The notes: generated by a model not told the origin, from the sequence alone. A stretch of DNA of 64,000 nucleotides from Verrucomicrobiota bacterium (GCA_012517065.1 JAAYVR010000015.1:11978-75977); one strand, 5' to 3'; shown: positions 8,615 through 18,927, counted from the first letter of the stretch. Made by a program: numbers and translations.

Positions 8615-10780
8615 ATGCCATACTTCCCACAAGCTGCCACAAACGATCTTATCGAATCGTCGGTTTCCCCCTCCGCAAACATCAACTTGCGGCATTATTG
8701 GCACGTCATACTCGAACGCCGGTGGCTCGTTATCGCCACTTTTGTCTCTGTCTTTGTCCTTTGCCTGGTTTATCTGTACAAGGCGCCAAAGATTTATCAG
8801 GCAACAACTCGCATCCAAATTGACCGTGAGTCGTCCACGTTCAACCTCCAGGATTTGGTTGTCTCCGGAGGCGCAGATACTGACTACCTGCAAACCCAGT
8901 ACAAAAACCTCATGAGCCGTTCGCTCATCGAAGCTGTCATAAAGAAACAAAAACTCAATGAGGACCCTAGATACGCGAAGGAACTCGACATCGCCGAAGC
9001 CGTTGCCGACGATATCACCGTCGCCCCAATCCGCATGAGCCGCCTCGTGGACGTCCGAGTCGAACATACCAACCCCAAAAAAGCCGCCGATATCGCAAAC
9101 ACCCTCGTCGAAGAATTCATCGAGCAAAACGCTGTCCTGAAACAGAAACGCACCCTCGACACACTCTTCTTCCTTAAAGCACAAGCCAACAGCCTCGAAA
9201 AAGATGTCCAAGAAGCCGAGGAAAAACTCCACAATTACCGCACTCAGGTGAAATTCGTCTCGCTCGACGAGCGCTACAATGTGATCGCTGAGGCGCTCAG
9301 CCAGGCACAATCCCGTTATACCGATGCCAAAGCAAGAGCTGAAAACGCTGAAACTGTAATCGTTGAACTGGAACAACACGTAAAGGCCGGCAAACCCGTC
9401 GAAACGTTCCCAGCAGTCGCCTCCGACCCCGTGGTCAAAGACCTGCAGCGACAACTCACTACCCAAGAAAACGATCTGGCCGTGCTCCTTAAACGGTACA
9501 AAGACAAACACCCAACCATCATCGCCGCACGATCCAGAATCGACGAAACCCGCAAGTCCCTCGATCGCACAGTCCAAAACCTCGTCGAAACTCTCCGTGC
9601 CGAAGCGCGCCTCACCCGCGTCACCGAGCAAACCATCGGATCGAACGTTAAAGATTGGGAAGAGCGCCTGACTGAATGGACCAAGGCCAAAAAGGACTAT
9701 GACATTCTTGTCCGCAAAGCCGATACCAGCAAAACACTGTTCAATCTGGTTCTTTCAAAGATGAAAGAGGTCGAGCTGCTCGGCAAGGACCGCGCCAATA
9801 ACATCAGAATAGTTGACCCAGCCTCAGTGCCCGTCAAACCAATCAAGCCCCGCATCGTGACCACTCTCTTGCTCGGCGCTTTCGGCGGTCTCGCAGTGGC
9901 CATCGGACTTGCACTGTTTGTGAATTACCTCGACGATTCAATCAAGACCCAGGACGACGTCGAAACGTACCTCCATCTGCCGTTCCTCGGTTACGTGCCA
10001 AACATCAAGTCAAACAGCGTCGTCGAGCGCGACCTCCAGTCCCACCTCCATCCTCAATCCAATGCGTCCGAAAGTTTTCGCACCGTTCGCGCAGCAATCG
10101 CCCTCGGCAGCAAAGCTGGCAAAATGCGCGTCCTGACTGTCACAAGCACAATACCTTCAGAAGGCAAGTCGCTCGTCGCATCCAACCTCGCCATCGTAAC
10201 CGCACAAACAGGACTTAAAACGCTGTTGATCGACTCTGACATGAGGCGGCCGTCGGTGCACAAGGCATTCCAATTGCACAGCCCCGTCGGACTCGCAGCA
10301 TATCTAATGGAAAAAGCACAAAGCATCGACGAGCTCATCCACACCACCGATATCCCAAATCTCGACGTGGTGTGCTGCGGCGCCACTCCATCCCAACCCT
10401 CCGAGCTTCTCGGTTCGCGTCGAATGTTGCAGTTCATGCAGGAGGTCAGCAAACGGTACGACCGCATCATAATGGACTGCCCCCCGATTTCCGCTGTCAG
10501 CGATCCTCTCGTCCTTTCCGCGATGGCCGACGGCGTTGTTTACGTCACCAAGTTCAACAAAATCCGCCGTGAACACGCGCGCAAGAGCATCCAACGCCTC
10601 CTCGATGCAGGCATTCACATTTGCGGCGTTGTCCTCAATGACATCGACTTCGAGGGCCGCGACTCTTACTACTACTCGTATTACTACTACCAGAACCGGT
10701 ATTACTCGAGCTACTACCGAAGCCGCAGTACAGGTTCAACTTCTTCCACTGCCGAACAGGCCGAGACCAAAAAGAGTTGA
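8615..10780 (+). CDS. wzc: Polysaccharide co-polymerase / tyrosine autokinase (Wzc family)
   Basis: Two TM segments flanking a coiled-coil; Walker A (STIPSEGKS), IDSDMRRP, MDCPP; C-terminal Tyr cluster SYYYSYYYYQNRYYSSYY. Confidence 0.92.
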   Translation: MPYFPQAATNDLIESSVSPSANINLRHYWHVILERRWLVIATFVSVFVLCLVYLYKAPKIYQATTRIQIDRESSTFNLQDLVVSGGADTDYLQTQYKNLMSRSLIEAVIKKQKLNEDPRYAKELDIAEAVADDITVAPIRMSRLVDVRVEHTNPKKAADIANTLVEEFIEQNAVLKQKRTLDTLFFLKAQANSLEKDVQEAEEKLHNYRTQVKFVSLDERYNVIAEALSQAQSRYTDAKARAENAETVIVELEQHVKAGKPVETFPAVASDPVVKDLQRQLTTQENDLAVLLKRYKDKHPTIIAARSRIDETRKSLDRTVQNLVETLRAEARLTRVTEQTIGSNVKDWEERLTEWTKAKKDYDILVRKADTSKTLFNLVLSKMKEVELLGKDRANNIRIVDPASVPVKPIKPRIVTTLLLGAFGGLAVAIGLALFVNYLDDSIKTQDDVETYLHLPFLGYVPNIKSNSVVERDLQSHLHPQSNASESFRTVRAAIALGSKAGKMRVLTVTSTIPSEGKSLVASNLAIVTAQTGLKTLLIDSDMRRPSVHKAFQLHSPVGLAAYLMEKAQSIDELIHTTDIPNLDVVCCGATPSQPSELLGSRRMLQFMQEVSKRYDRIIMDCPPISAVSDPLVLSAMADGVVYVTKFNKIRREHARKSIQRLLDAGIHICGVVLNDIDFEGRDSYYYSYYYYQNRYYSSYYRSRSTGSTSSTAEQAETKKS

Positions 10781-10927
10781 GTTGCTGCAAGAATACGTTC
10801 TCGCTGGAGCGGACCAATAGCACGCCCGAGTGGTTATAGTGCCTGTGTAGGTTTTTCTTCCGCAACGCATCCTGCAAACCATACAGGATGATAACCGGCA
10901 GTGCACCGAGACCACGGATCAGCCCTG

Positions 10928-11683
10928 GCCCGCATGTTCCCCAGCCCGACGTAGCCGGAACAAAATGGCCTCCCGGGCACTGCCCCGGCTCCAGCACCCC
11001 CTCGGGCTGTCCGTCACGCCTAGCTGGGAAATATGCCCCGCGACTCCATCGCTCGGAAAAGCACCAGGACCAAACCTCCACCGGACGCAACGCTGCCAGA
11101 GCAACTCCCAATCAAATGTAGCTCTTAAGCCCGAACGCTGGACTCTACTCTAATAGCCGCGGTGCTGGATTCGCCCGACGCACGGAACAACCCACCGCCG
11201 TTACAGTTCCGCGTTTACGCGAAAAACTGAAACCTTTCTGGTCCTGATTCTGGTACCCAGCGCTTTGCCCCTGAGCCAAATGCCGCCTGCGGCGTTCCAA
11301 GCCGACTACGTGTCTGTCCCCATATGGCCTGATTCGCGGTGATCCCAATAGTTTCTCACGCGCTGCCGCGGATGCAATGGGCGTTGGCAGGCGCGAAGCG
11401 TTTGGAGTGCGGCAGCTTGCTGCCGCTTTGTTTCCATGCCCAAACAACGTGTCTGTCCCCATATCGACATCCGATGGGTTCCTCCACAGACATCGGCAAC
11501 ATCGGATTGGAACAAGGGACAATTTGCGGACCACGCCGCAATCAGGGGCCAAAACCCAAATAATGAGCCTGTCCCATATTGATACTTCTCTGGCCCAAGC
11601 GCGGGTTTCCTTGGCCCGGAGATCTCACCGCCTGACCGGCCAAAGACAGCCAAGGCATTCATTGAGGTGAGATTCCCTGGTTA
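10928..11683 (+). mobile_element. Modular MITE/REP-like intergenic repeat, copy R1
   Basis: Starts GCCCGCATG; contains CAGCCCGACGTAGCCGGAAC, two GTGTCTGTCCCCATAT, TTGGAGTGCGGCAGCTTGCTGCCGCTTT and an ATCTCACC/GGTGAGAT pair shared with other copies. Confidence 0.75.
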
Positions 11684-11698
11684 GGCACACTCAAATGG

Positions 11699-12220
11699 TC
11701 ATTCAAGCGAGATGTCCTGACTAAAGTCCGAAAGGCGTTCCCGAAGCGGCTGCAGATCGGGGTCAACCTTCGCCATTTGCAGCACTGTTGATCGCCCCCC
11801 AACCGCCATTGCGCGTTGAAGCAGTCCCCACGCTTCGTCAACATGACCGGATTGCGCCGCGTAACAGGCGAGATTGTAAGGAACAAGAAAAGCCTTGGGA
11901 AACTTCTCAAGCGCAGGGTGCAGGAGCGACCATGCCTTTTCCAGCCCGCCATCTTTCATCCGTCTCGCTGCAAAAGCCCGAACAATCCAGCCATCTACTT
12001 CGTCAGGAAGCAATGCCACAAGCCGCTCTGCGATCCGAAAAGCCGCATCCCAATCGCCCAACTTGGCCCTGATCTCCCACTCCACCCGAAGCACATCGGG
12101 TGAATTCCGGTTGGACGATCGTATCCGATCCAGCTCGCCAAGCGCCGAAACAGCGTCGCCAAGCAACAGCCAGGCCCGGGCTTCTTCGAGAGCTAAGTTA
12201 TCCGGCTCGCTCAACGGCAT
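11699..12220 (-). CDS. Tetratricopeptide-repeat protein
   Basis: Helical repeats ending YNLACYAAQSGHVDEA...DPDLQPL, a common TPR C-terminal module. Confidence 0.8.
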   Translation of the reverse strand: MPLSEPDNLALEEARAWLLLGDAVSALGELDRIRSSNRNSPDVLRVEWEIRAKLGDWDAAFRIAERLVALLPDEVDGWIVRAFAARRMKDGGLEKAWSLLHPALEKFPKAFLVPYNLACYAAQSGHVDEAWGLLQRAMAVGGRSTVLQMAKVDPDLQPLRERLSDFSQDISLE

Positions 12221-12449
12221 AAAAACTTTGCGATCTGCAGCTTCTGACGGAGCAACAACCCAGTTGTTCCAGTGCTACGCGTGACCCGCATCTTGAATAA
12301 CAGGACTCCGCCCGAAGCAACAAGCACACACACAGCGTGCAATGATCGCACAGTAATTCTAACCAACCAACCCAACTCCCACAATCCGAAGTTCAAGCGG
12401 GAATCCAAGCCGCACCGCGGGCAACTTTTCGGCAGAGTTGCGCTTCGAT

Positions 12450-12501
12450 ATTTTTTTGAAAAAATTGTTGACGTGATGTTCCGCAATGTGCTAATTATAA
12501 G
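12450..12501 (+). promoter_or_regulatory. Possible sigma70-type promoter with AT-rich upstream element
   Basis: TTTTTTTGAAAAAATT followed by TTGACG (12468-12473) and an AT-rich TGCTAATTATAA box; the -10 register is imperfect. Confidence 0.35.
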
Positions 12502-12531
12502 CCTGCGTACGGTGGAACATATTTTGTGCCT

Positions 12532-13188
12532 ATGAAAAGGGAGCATACAAAGTGGGTTTTGGCCCTCGTTTTAGCGGGGTCCATCGGTGTCATTTCTACG
12601 CAGGCAGTTGCCGGCGTTGAATCAAAGGGTGCTGTGGTTAGCAAGGCCATGATGGGAGTGCGCGTGCCTGAGTTGGCTGCTAAAGCAGCAGTGCTTGTCA
12701 AGCAGGCCGATATTGGAGACCGCGAGGCCATTGCGGTGGCCGTGGTCGAATATGTGGCCAAGGCATATCCTGCTGCAGTTAAATCTGTCATTTCCTCCAT
12801 AGCAAAAGCGGAGCCTTCTCTTGCGCCAAAGATTGCTGCGAGGGCTGCTGAGTTGCTTCCTCAAGACAGTGTGGCTTTGGCGTCGGCAGCCGCATTGGGA
12901 GCCAAGCAGTTTGCCCCACAGGTCGCTGCCAGTGTCGCCAAGGCGAATCCAAAAATGGCCCCAGAAGTCACTGAGACAGTCATATTGGCCGTTCCGCAAG
13001 AAGCCGTTCGAACTGCCGATGCAGTGGCTGCCTCAGTGCCTTCCGCCAAGGATTCACTGCCCGTAATCGAGCGCTCTGCAATGGCAAGTGGCGGCACGCC
13101 TATCATCATCCAACGCAAGAAGCCCATTCCTCCATCCCAGAGCTTGACGGGACAGGATACGCCTGGGTACGACTACGCGCGCCCTTAA
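12532..13188 (+). CDS. Secreted alanine-rich helical-repeat hypothetical protein
   Basis: Signal peptide MKREHTKWVLALVLAGSIGVISTQAVA; repeated A..P..A..(I/V) helical units; followed by a terminator. Confidence 0.75.
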   Translation: MKREHTKWVLALVLAGSIGVISTQAVAGVESKGAVVSKAMMGVRVPELAAKAAVLVKQADIGDREAIAVAVVEYVAKAYPAAVKSVISSIAKAEPSLAPKIAARAAELLPQDSVALASAAALGAKQFAPQVAASVAKANPKMAPEVTETVILAVPQEAVRTADAVAASVPSAKDSLPVIERSAMASGGTPIIIQRKKPIPPSQSLTGQDTPGYDYARP

Positions 13189-13217
13189 GCAGGGCCACCA
13201 AGTGGATTTAGTAATGC

Positions 13218-13251
13218 AACGCCCGAGTGTGTGCTCGGGCGTTTTTCATTT
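13218..13251 (+). terminator. Rho-independent terminator
   Basis: AACGCCCGAG-tgtgtg-CTCGGGCGTT hairpin followed by TTTCATTT, 30 nt after the stop at 13188. Confidence 0.85.
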
Positions 13252-13346
13252 AGATCGCGCGCGCTTGCGCTCCAGTGTCCCCCTCACATCACTCTTGTAG
13301 AAATTCCTGCTCGACAGAACCTTCACAGCCGCATTGACTGAAACGC

Positions 13347-14666
13347 ATGAACACTGCACTGACAAGAAGACGGTTCCTGAGTCAAACGGTCATCTCAAGC
13401 GCGACACTCGGAGTTGCCCCCTGCTTCCTCCGCGGATTCGGCTCCCTTAACCAGAAGATTAATGTCGGGTTTGTCGGCGTGGCGAATCGTGCTGCTGACA
13501 ATTTGTCGGAAGTCAGCAAGCTAACCGACCTGGTCAATGTGGCCGCCCTCTGCGATGTTGACGACAGATACTTGGCACAGGCACGCGAGAAACATCCGGG
13601 GGCAAAAACATACAACGATTTTAGAAGACTGATCGACCAGAAAGACATTGACGCGGTCGTGGTGAGCACGCCGGATCACACACACGCTGTGGCCACTGCG
13701 GCGGCCATTCGTACAGGACGCCACGTTTACTGCGAAAAGCCGCTCACCAGAACAATCTCCGAATGCCGTAAGATCGAAGAACTCACCAAGAAGTACAAGC
13801 GAATCACACAGCTCGGCACCCAAATCCACGCCGGCGACAATTATCGCCGTGTCGTCGAACTCGTCCAAGCCGGTGCGATCGGTCCCGTCCACGAGGTGCA
13901 CGTGTGGGTCAGCGCCTCCTACGGCGGGATGAACAAGCCGACAGACAAACCGCCCGTTCCGCCCGGATTGCACTGGGATTTGTGGCTCGGGCCAGTTGGC
14001 CCTTCCGATTATCACCCGGATTACGCGCCGTTCAAATGGCGCAATTGGTGGGCGTTCGGCGGCGGTTCCCTAGCAGATTTCGGGTGCCATTTCATGGATT
14101 TGCCGCATTGGGCGCTGGACCTGCGTCATCCGTTGTCCGCTGAACCTCTTGCCGGGCCGCCGGTGCATCCAGATTCAACACCACCGTGGCTCATCGTCAG
14201 ATACGAGTACCCTGCGCGTCCTGCAATTGAAGGCCGGCCACCACAGCCTCCCGTGGTTCTAACATGGTATCACGGCGGAAAACAACCAGCGCTGCTTGAT
14301 GAGGAACAATCCAAGTATTTTCGAAGCGGAGTGATGTTCGTAGGCGAAAAGGGAATGTTGTTGGCCGACTATACGCGCAGGCAATTGTTGCCTGAAAAAG
14401 ATTTCGCCGGTTTTCAACCCCCGCCTCAGTCGATCCCAAAGTCCATCGGACATCACCGCGAGTGGATCGAAGCAATCCGAAATGGCGGCAAAACCACATG
14501 CAATTTTGATTACTCGGGCGCTCTCACGGAGGCAGCATTGCTGGGCAACGTCGCATACAGAGTCGGCCGCAAAATTGTTTGGGACGCCAAAGCACTCCGG
14601 GCAATCGGATGCCAGGAAGCCGACCAGTTCATTCAACACAGTTACCGCAAAGGCTGGAAGCTTTAG
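13347..14666 (+). CDS. Tat-exported Gfo/Idh/MocA family oxidoreductase
   Basis: TRRRFL twin-arginine motif; VSTPDHTH, YCEKP, WDLWLGP, ADFGCHFMD. Confidence 0.92.
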   Translation: MNTALTRRRFLSQTVISSATLGVAPCFLRGFGSLNQKINVGFVGVANRAADNLSEVSKLTDLVNVAALCDVDDRYLAQAREKHPGAKTYNDFRRLIDQKDIDAVVVSTPDHTHAVATAAAIRTGRHVYCEKPLTRTISECRKIEELTKKYKRITQLGTQIHAGDNYRRVVELVQAGAIGPVHEVHVWVSASYGGMNKPTDKPPVPPGLHWDLWLGPVGPSDYHPDYAPFKWRNWWAFGGGSLADFGCHFMDLPHWALDLRHPLSAEPLAGPPVHPDSTPPWLIVRYEYPARPAIEGRPPQPPVVLTWYHGGKQPALLDEEQSKYFRSGVMFVGEKGMLLADYTRRQLLPEKDFAGFQPPPQSIPKSIGHHREWIEAIRNGGKTTCNFDYSGALTEAALLGNVAYRVGRKIVWDAKALRAIGCQEADQFIQHSYRKGWKL

Positions 14667-14880
14667 CCATCACATTCCGCAGCCCGGCGTAACCGGAACC
14701 AAAGCTGCCTGCAAGGCAGTGCCCCGCTCCTGCACCCCCGGTGGCTGTCGGCCACGCCGGGCTGCGAAATATCTGCTACGACTCCGTCGCCGGGAAAAGC
14801 ACCCTGATCCCCCGACCGGACCAGGCACTGCCAGAGCGACTCCCAACCACATGTAACTCTTCCGCCTAAAGGGGGACTCA
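14664..14880 (+). mobile_element. Modular repeat copy R2a, beginning at the upstream TAG stop codon
   Basis: TAGCCATCACATTCCGCAGCCCGGCGTAACCGGAACCAAAG..., colinear with 10928-11145. Confidence 0.7.
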
Positions 14881-14930
14881 AACGGTCGAGGCGGACAACG
14901 CCACTCGGTTGGCAAACCCGCGGCCCGGTT

Positions 14931-15034
14931 CAACGTTGTAAGTTAGACGTTGTACGTTGAAAGTTTTCATAGGTTTATCAGCTTGGCCGTCTTGTTGAGA
15001 ACGTTCAACATACAACGCTCAACGTACAACGTTC
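14931..15034. repeat. Inverted pair of 5-unit heptamer arrays
   Basis: CAACGTT GTAAGTT AGACGTT GTACGTT GAAAGTT ... AACGTTC AACATAC AACGCTC AACGTAC AACGTTC; arms match 28/35 as an inverted repeat (hand count). Confidence 0.75.
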
Positions 15035-15063
15035 AGAGGTATTACTGCTCGATGAATGCTCGT

Positions 15064-15675
15064 TCCAAAGCCGCCTAAAGGCGGGACTCCGACAGCCCCG
15101 GCCGTGACATCGCCCAAAGCGCGCAACAGCCCATCGCCGTTAGAGCTCCCCGTTTACGCGGAAAACTGAAAGCTTTCTGGCCCTGATTTTTGGGACGGCA
15201 TCGCTTTACGCCTGCGCCAAGGGGCGACCCGCGGCCCTCCGACCCAACTACGTGTCTGTCCCCATATGGCCCCATTCGATCTCGCCGCTGATCCTGATGG
15301 TTTTTCACGCGCTGCCGAGGATGCAGCGTGCTTTGGTGGGCGCGGAGCGCTTGGAGTGCGGCAGCTTGCTGCCGCTTTGTATTTATGCGCAAACATCGTG
15401 CCTGGAACCAGATCGGCATGACGCAGAAAACAATGTGTCTGTCCCCATATCTGCATCCGACTGGTTCCTCCGCAGATTTCGGCAACCGCCGATTGGAGCA
15501 CGGGACAATTCTCCCGCCATGCCACGATCCGGAGGCAAGACCCAAACATCGAGCCTGTCACTCTATTTGGGTCCTTGTTCGATGTGCGTGGGTGGCAGGC
15601 AGCCCAGCGGCAGCTCCAAGAATTGAGATTCTCTCGTTTGCGGCGCGGGTTGCCAAGAACCGGAAATCTCACCAG
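15064..15675 (+). mobile_element. Modular repeat copy R2b
   Basis: 15064-15450 is nearly identical to the reverse complement of 29055-29440; also carries AACATCGAGCCTGTCACTCTATT and GAAATCTCACC modules. Confidence 0.8.
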
Positions 15676-15861
15676 AATCAGGGCCGAAAGCGCTGCATAG
15701 CGAAGTGAGGCGCACGGCTCGACCGCGCAACGAGTTCGAACATTGATTAATTCTTGTCTTGAATCCGACCGCAGTTGTTGCGATAAAGCGCGAGTCACCG
15801 ATGGCTTTCGCGTTGTAACAAAGACGGAATCAACTCAACCAACAAGCAAGAGGAGTTCAGA

Positions 15862-17430
15862 ATGACGAACAACAAGGTGTCTGGCATTTACCCGAGGTTG
15901 CAGTTGGCGTACCTGCTGCAATTTGCGATTTGGGGAAGTTGGTCTTTGGCTCTTGGGGGTTACCTGAACGGAAAAATGAGCGGGTCGCACATCGGGTACC
16001 TTTACATGGCGATCCCATGGGGTGCAATCATCGCACCAATGTTTATCGGGCCGATAGCGGACCGATATTTTTCTGCGCAAAAGATGCTTGGGCTGTTGCA
16101 CCTGATTTCGGGGTCGGCCCTGCTGGCCTGTGGGTTTGTTTGCGCCAGTGCAGAAGCGAGAGCGGCCGGGGGTGCAGTGGTGGTCCCATTTGGTCCGCTG
16201 ATGGTCTTGATGCTTCTGTCAGGGATTTGTTACATGCCATCAATCCCGCTGATCAACACTGTGGTTTTCAAGCATATTCCGGATTCAGCGTCAGCGCCCA
16301 AGGTTTTCATATTCGGCACATTGGGCTGGATTTTGGTTAATCTGGTGGTCGAGGTTTTCGCAGGGGGCGCTGCGAGGCCGACATTCTTCTTCATAGGGGG
16401 CGCGTGCGGTATTCTCTTGGGGCTGTATTCGTTCACTCTTCCTGACACACCACCCAAAGGCGCGTCAAAGGAAGGCAAAACGGACGTTTTCGGGTTGGGC
16501 GCATTGGCAATGTTCAAATCGCCTGTGTTTACCATTTTTGTTCTTTCCGCGTTCATGGTGAGCATATTTGGCAGCAACTATTTCTTCCCCTCCGTGGTTG
16601 CCTACCTGAGCGAGTACGGTTACCCGGCGCCGGTGGCTCTGACCACGCTAAACCAGGTTTCGGAGCTTTTTTTCATGGCGATCCTCGCATTTTGTGTTGC
16701 TCGCATCGGGCTGAAGTGGGTGCTTGTTATTGGCATGAGCGCGTGGGCGGTGCGGTATTTCATCTTCACGTTTGAGGGATTCCAATTTGCATTGATCGGG
16801 CTTCTTTGTCACGGGATGGCCTATGCGTTTCTCTATGCCGCGGCCTACATGTTTGGCGATCGAGTTGCGCCGTCCCATCTCAAGGCCAGCGTCCAGAGTC
16901 TGCTGGCATTTCTGTTGCTCGGAATCGGACAGGTGCTGAGCGGAGCTCTGTTCGGCTATCAAATTGAGCGATGCGCCCCTGCAGTCACCAAGACCGTCGC
17001 AGTCGAACCCGGCCAGGCTCCAAAGGCTCTGCCGCCGTGGCATGTCCCCGAAATGGAAACCTCGGCGTGGAGATATCTTGATTTGGCAAAGTCGGTAAAA
17101 TACCTGCTCGGCGACAAAGCTGTTTTCAATCTTGGCGAACACCTGGGCAAATACACGAAAGCGGATGGCACTGTTGACCTCGACAAGCTTCCGGAAACGT
17201 GGGAAGCGGGCGGTGTTAAATACAGCAAAGCCGAGTTAAAGGCCACCCTCGACAAGATCGGCACTGCGGTCACTCGCGACAAATACTTGCAGGCCCAAAG
17301 ACACAACTGGAAAGGATTCTTCATCCCGCCTGCGATATTTGTTTTGTTCTGGGTCGTTCTGTTCGCGCTTTTGGGCAAGGAACCTCCAAAAGCCGAGCCC
17401 GAGCCTGCAAAGCAACCAGCCGCGGCTTGA
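15862..17430 (+). CDS. MFS nucleoside:H+ symporter-like permease (NupG/XapB family) with large loop insertion
   Basis: LQFAIWGSW, GPIADRYFSAQK, FGTLGWI, LPDTPP, QVSELFFM motifs; GAGGAG ribosome-binding site upstream. Confidence 0.88.
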   Translation: MTNNKVSGIYPRLQLAYLLQFAIWGSWSLALGGYLNGKMSGSHIGYLYMAIPWGAIIAPMFIGPIADRYFSAQKMLGLLHLISGSALLACGFVCASAEARAAGGAVVVPFGPLMVLMLLSGICYMPSIPLINTVVFKHIPDSASAPKVFIFGTLGWILVNLVVEVFAGGAARPTFFFIGGACGILLGLYSFTLPDTPPKGASKEGKTDVFGLGALAMFKSPVFTIFVLSAFMVSIFGSNYFFPSVVAYLSEYGYPAPVALTTLNQVSELFFMAILAFCVARIGLKWVLVIGMSAWAVRYFIFTFEGFQFALIGLLCHGMAYAFLYAAAYMFGDRVAPSHLKASVQSLLAFLLLGIGQVLSGALFGYQIERCAPAVTKTVAVEPGQAPKALPPWHVPEMETSAWRYLDLAKSVKYLLGDKAVFNLGEHLGKYTKADGTVDLDKLPETWEAGGVKYSKAELKATLDKIGTAVTRDKYLQAQRHNWKGFFIPPAIFVLFWVVLFALLGKEPPKAEPEPAKQPAAA

Positions 17431-18927
17431 TCAATCCGGCCCGGCGCGATACAGCTCTTGAATTGCTTCGGTGCTGATGGCGCAGCCGTAAATACGCACG
17501 TCGTCGATCCACCCGTCAAAATGGTGTTGGCGCTCAGACATGCTTGCACCGATAACAACATTGGCGACCGGAGTTGACAGTATCTCGCCGGCGGCAGACA
17601 TGGCATCGTCTTCAACGCCGTCCACGTAAAGCGCAGCGCGCAGGCCATCATAGGTCGCTGCGATGTGGTGCCATTGACCGTCGGCCACCGGCCGTTTTGA
17701 AACCAGGACTACTTGGTTTGTCTTACTGCTGGTCTCTGGCTTCGGCCCAACCAAAACGAACCGGACGGCGTCACGTTCGCCGTTGCGTTCGATACGCCAT
17801 GCGTTGTCTGATCTGTTGATGATCGCCTGGTTCGGCTTGTCGAACTCGCGCACTTTCATCCATACCGAAACAGTCATTTCACTGCGGCAATCCATCGCGG
17901 GCGAGGATTTACAATCGACGTAACCTCTTGACCCATTAAGTTCTATAGCGCCGCCGAACCTGCCTTTCCCGGGCGCCCACATTACAGGACCTCGAAGCTG
18001 TGCCGTATGCCAGCAACCGGACGCATCGGGAACCTCAGTGCCGGTTGTTTCTTCGAACTTCCACCAAGCCACCAACCCGGTCGTACGAAAAGCCGCAACC
18101 CTGCCCGATACAACCCTGCCCCGAGCAGGCACGGCATCGACCCGCCAATAGTACGTCGTGTCGGGCTTAAGCTCCGATAGTTCAAACCGGAGCTGATCTG
18201 TCGTTCCGATCCGCCTGAGTGCGTCGGCGCCGATTCCGAGATAAACACTGTACGCGCTCGCATCAGGGACGGGGGTCCATTCGAGCGCTGTTCGTCTTAT
18301 CCCAACGCCGGTGGAACCGTCTTCGGGCTTGAGTGGTGCGGCACGTGCTGATACAGCTTCGCGAAAGACGACCTCGCTGATACCAACGGCTGAACCGGTC
18401 CCGAATGACACGAGGTTCTCGAATCGGACTTTTCGTGCCTTGACACCGTTCAATCGCAGGACGGTCCGCTGATCATAATCGGGGTTTCCTTCGGCTTCAG
18501 TGAACTCGGCGCCGGCCAAAGCTGTCTCCCACGTCGAACCGTCAGTTGAGACTCTGATGTCGGCACGGCGAACGCCATTTGTTGTTTGCCACGGATCGTT
18601 GAAGTTCCAAATCTCGATAGAGGCCAAAGGCACGGCCTCGGGCAACTCGAACTCGACGAACAAATCAGGCGCGCGCTGCGCCATCCACATGTTTCTCTTC
18701 TCGCAATCGTGCTCGAAAAGCCCGTCGCCGTCCGTGTCGGCCAAACCAGAGCCATCGGCAATGGCGGCGACATTCACACCAGATTCAGGCGCGTTGGCTC
18801 GAACGCTCGAAACCCGCACTTTCGGATTCGCAGTTGTGGGTTTGCGATCCCGCGCCTTTAGCGCAACCGGCTGTTTGAGTACAACAAAAGGAGTGTCGAA
18901 CTCGAGAGTTGCCGTAACAGGACGCAC
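17431..18927 (-). CDS. Discoidin(F5/8)-like + FN3-like + LamG-like segment; probably the C-terminal half of a UGA-readthrough protein 17431..20175
   Basis: IEIWNFN...GVRRADIRVSTDG..W; LKPDTTYYWRVDA; GLVAWWKFEE...DASG; DGQWHHIAATYDG...LYVDG...FDGWIDDVRIY. No signal peptide of its own; in frame with 18970..20175. Confidence 0.8.
   Translation of the reverse strand: MRPVTATLEFDTPFVVLKQPVALKARDRKPTTANPKVRVSSVRANAPESGVNVAAIADGSGLADTDGDGLFEHDCEKRNMWMAQRAPDLFVEFELPEAVPLASIEIWNFNDPWQTTNGVRRADIRVSTDGSTWETALAGAEFTEAEGNPDYDQRTVLRLNGVKARKVRFENLVSFGTGSAVGISEVVFREAVSARAAPLKPEDGSTGVGIRRTALEWTPVPDASAYSVYLGIGADALRRIGTTDQLRFELSELKPDTTYYWRVDAVPARGRVVSGRVAAFRTTGLVAWWKFEETTGTEVPDASGCWHTAQLRGPVMWAPGKGRFGGAIELNGSRGYVDCKSSPAMDCRSEMTVSVWMKVREFDKPNQAIINRSDNAWRIERNGERDAVRFVLVGPKPETSSKTNQVVLVSKRPVADGQWHHIAATYDGLRAALYVDGVEDDAMSAAGEILSTPVANVVIGASMSERQHHFDGWIDDVRIYGCAISTEAIQELYRAGPD

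Noticed and set aside
15690-15760. GTTCGAA suggesting a tRNA T-loop
   Set aside because: No cloverleaf stems could be built around it.
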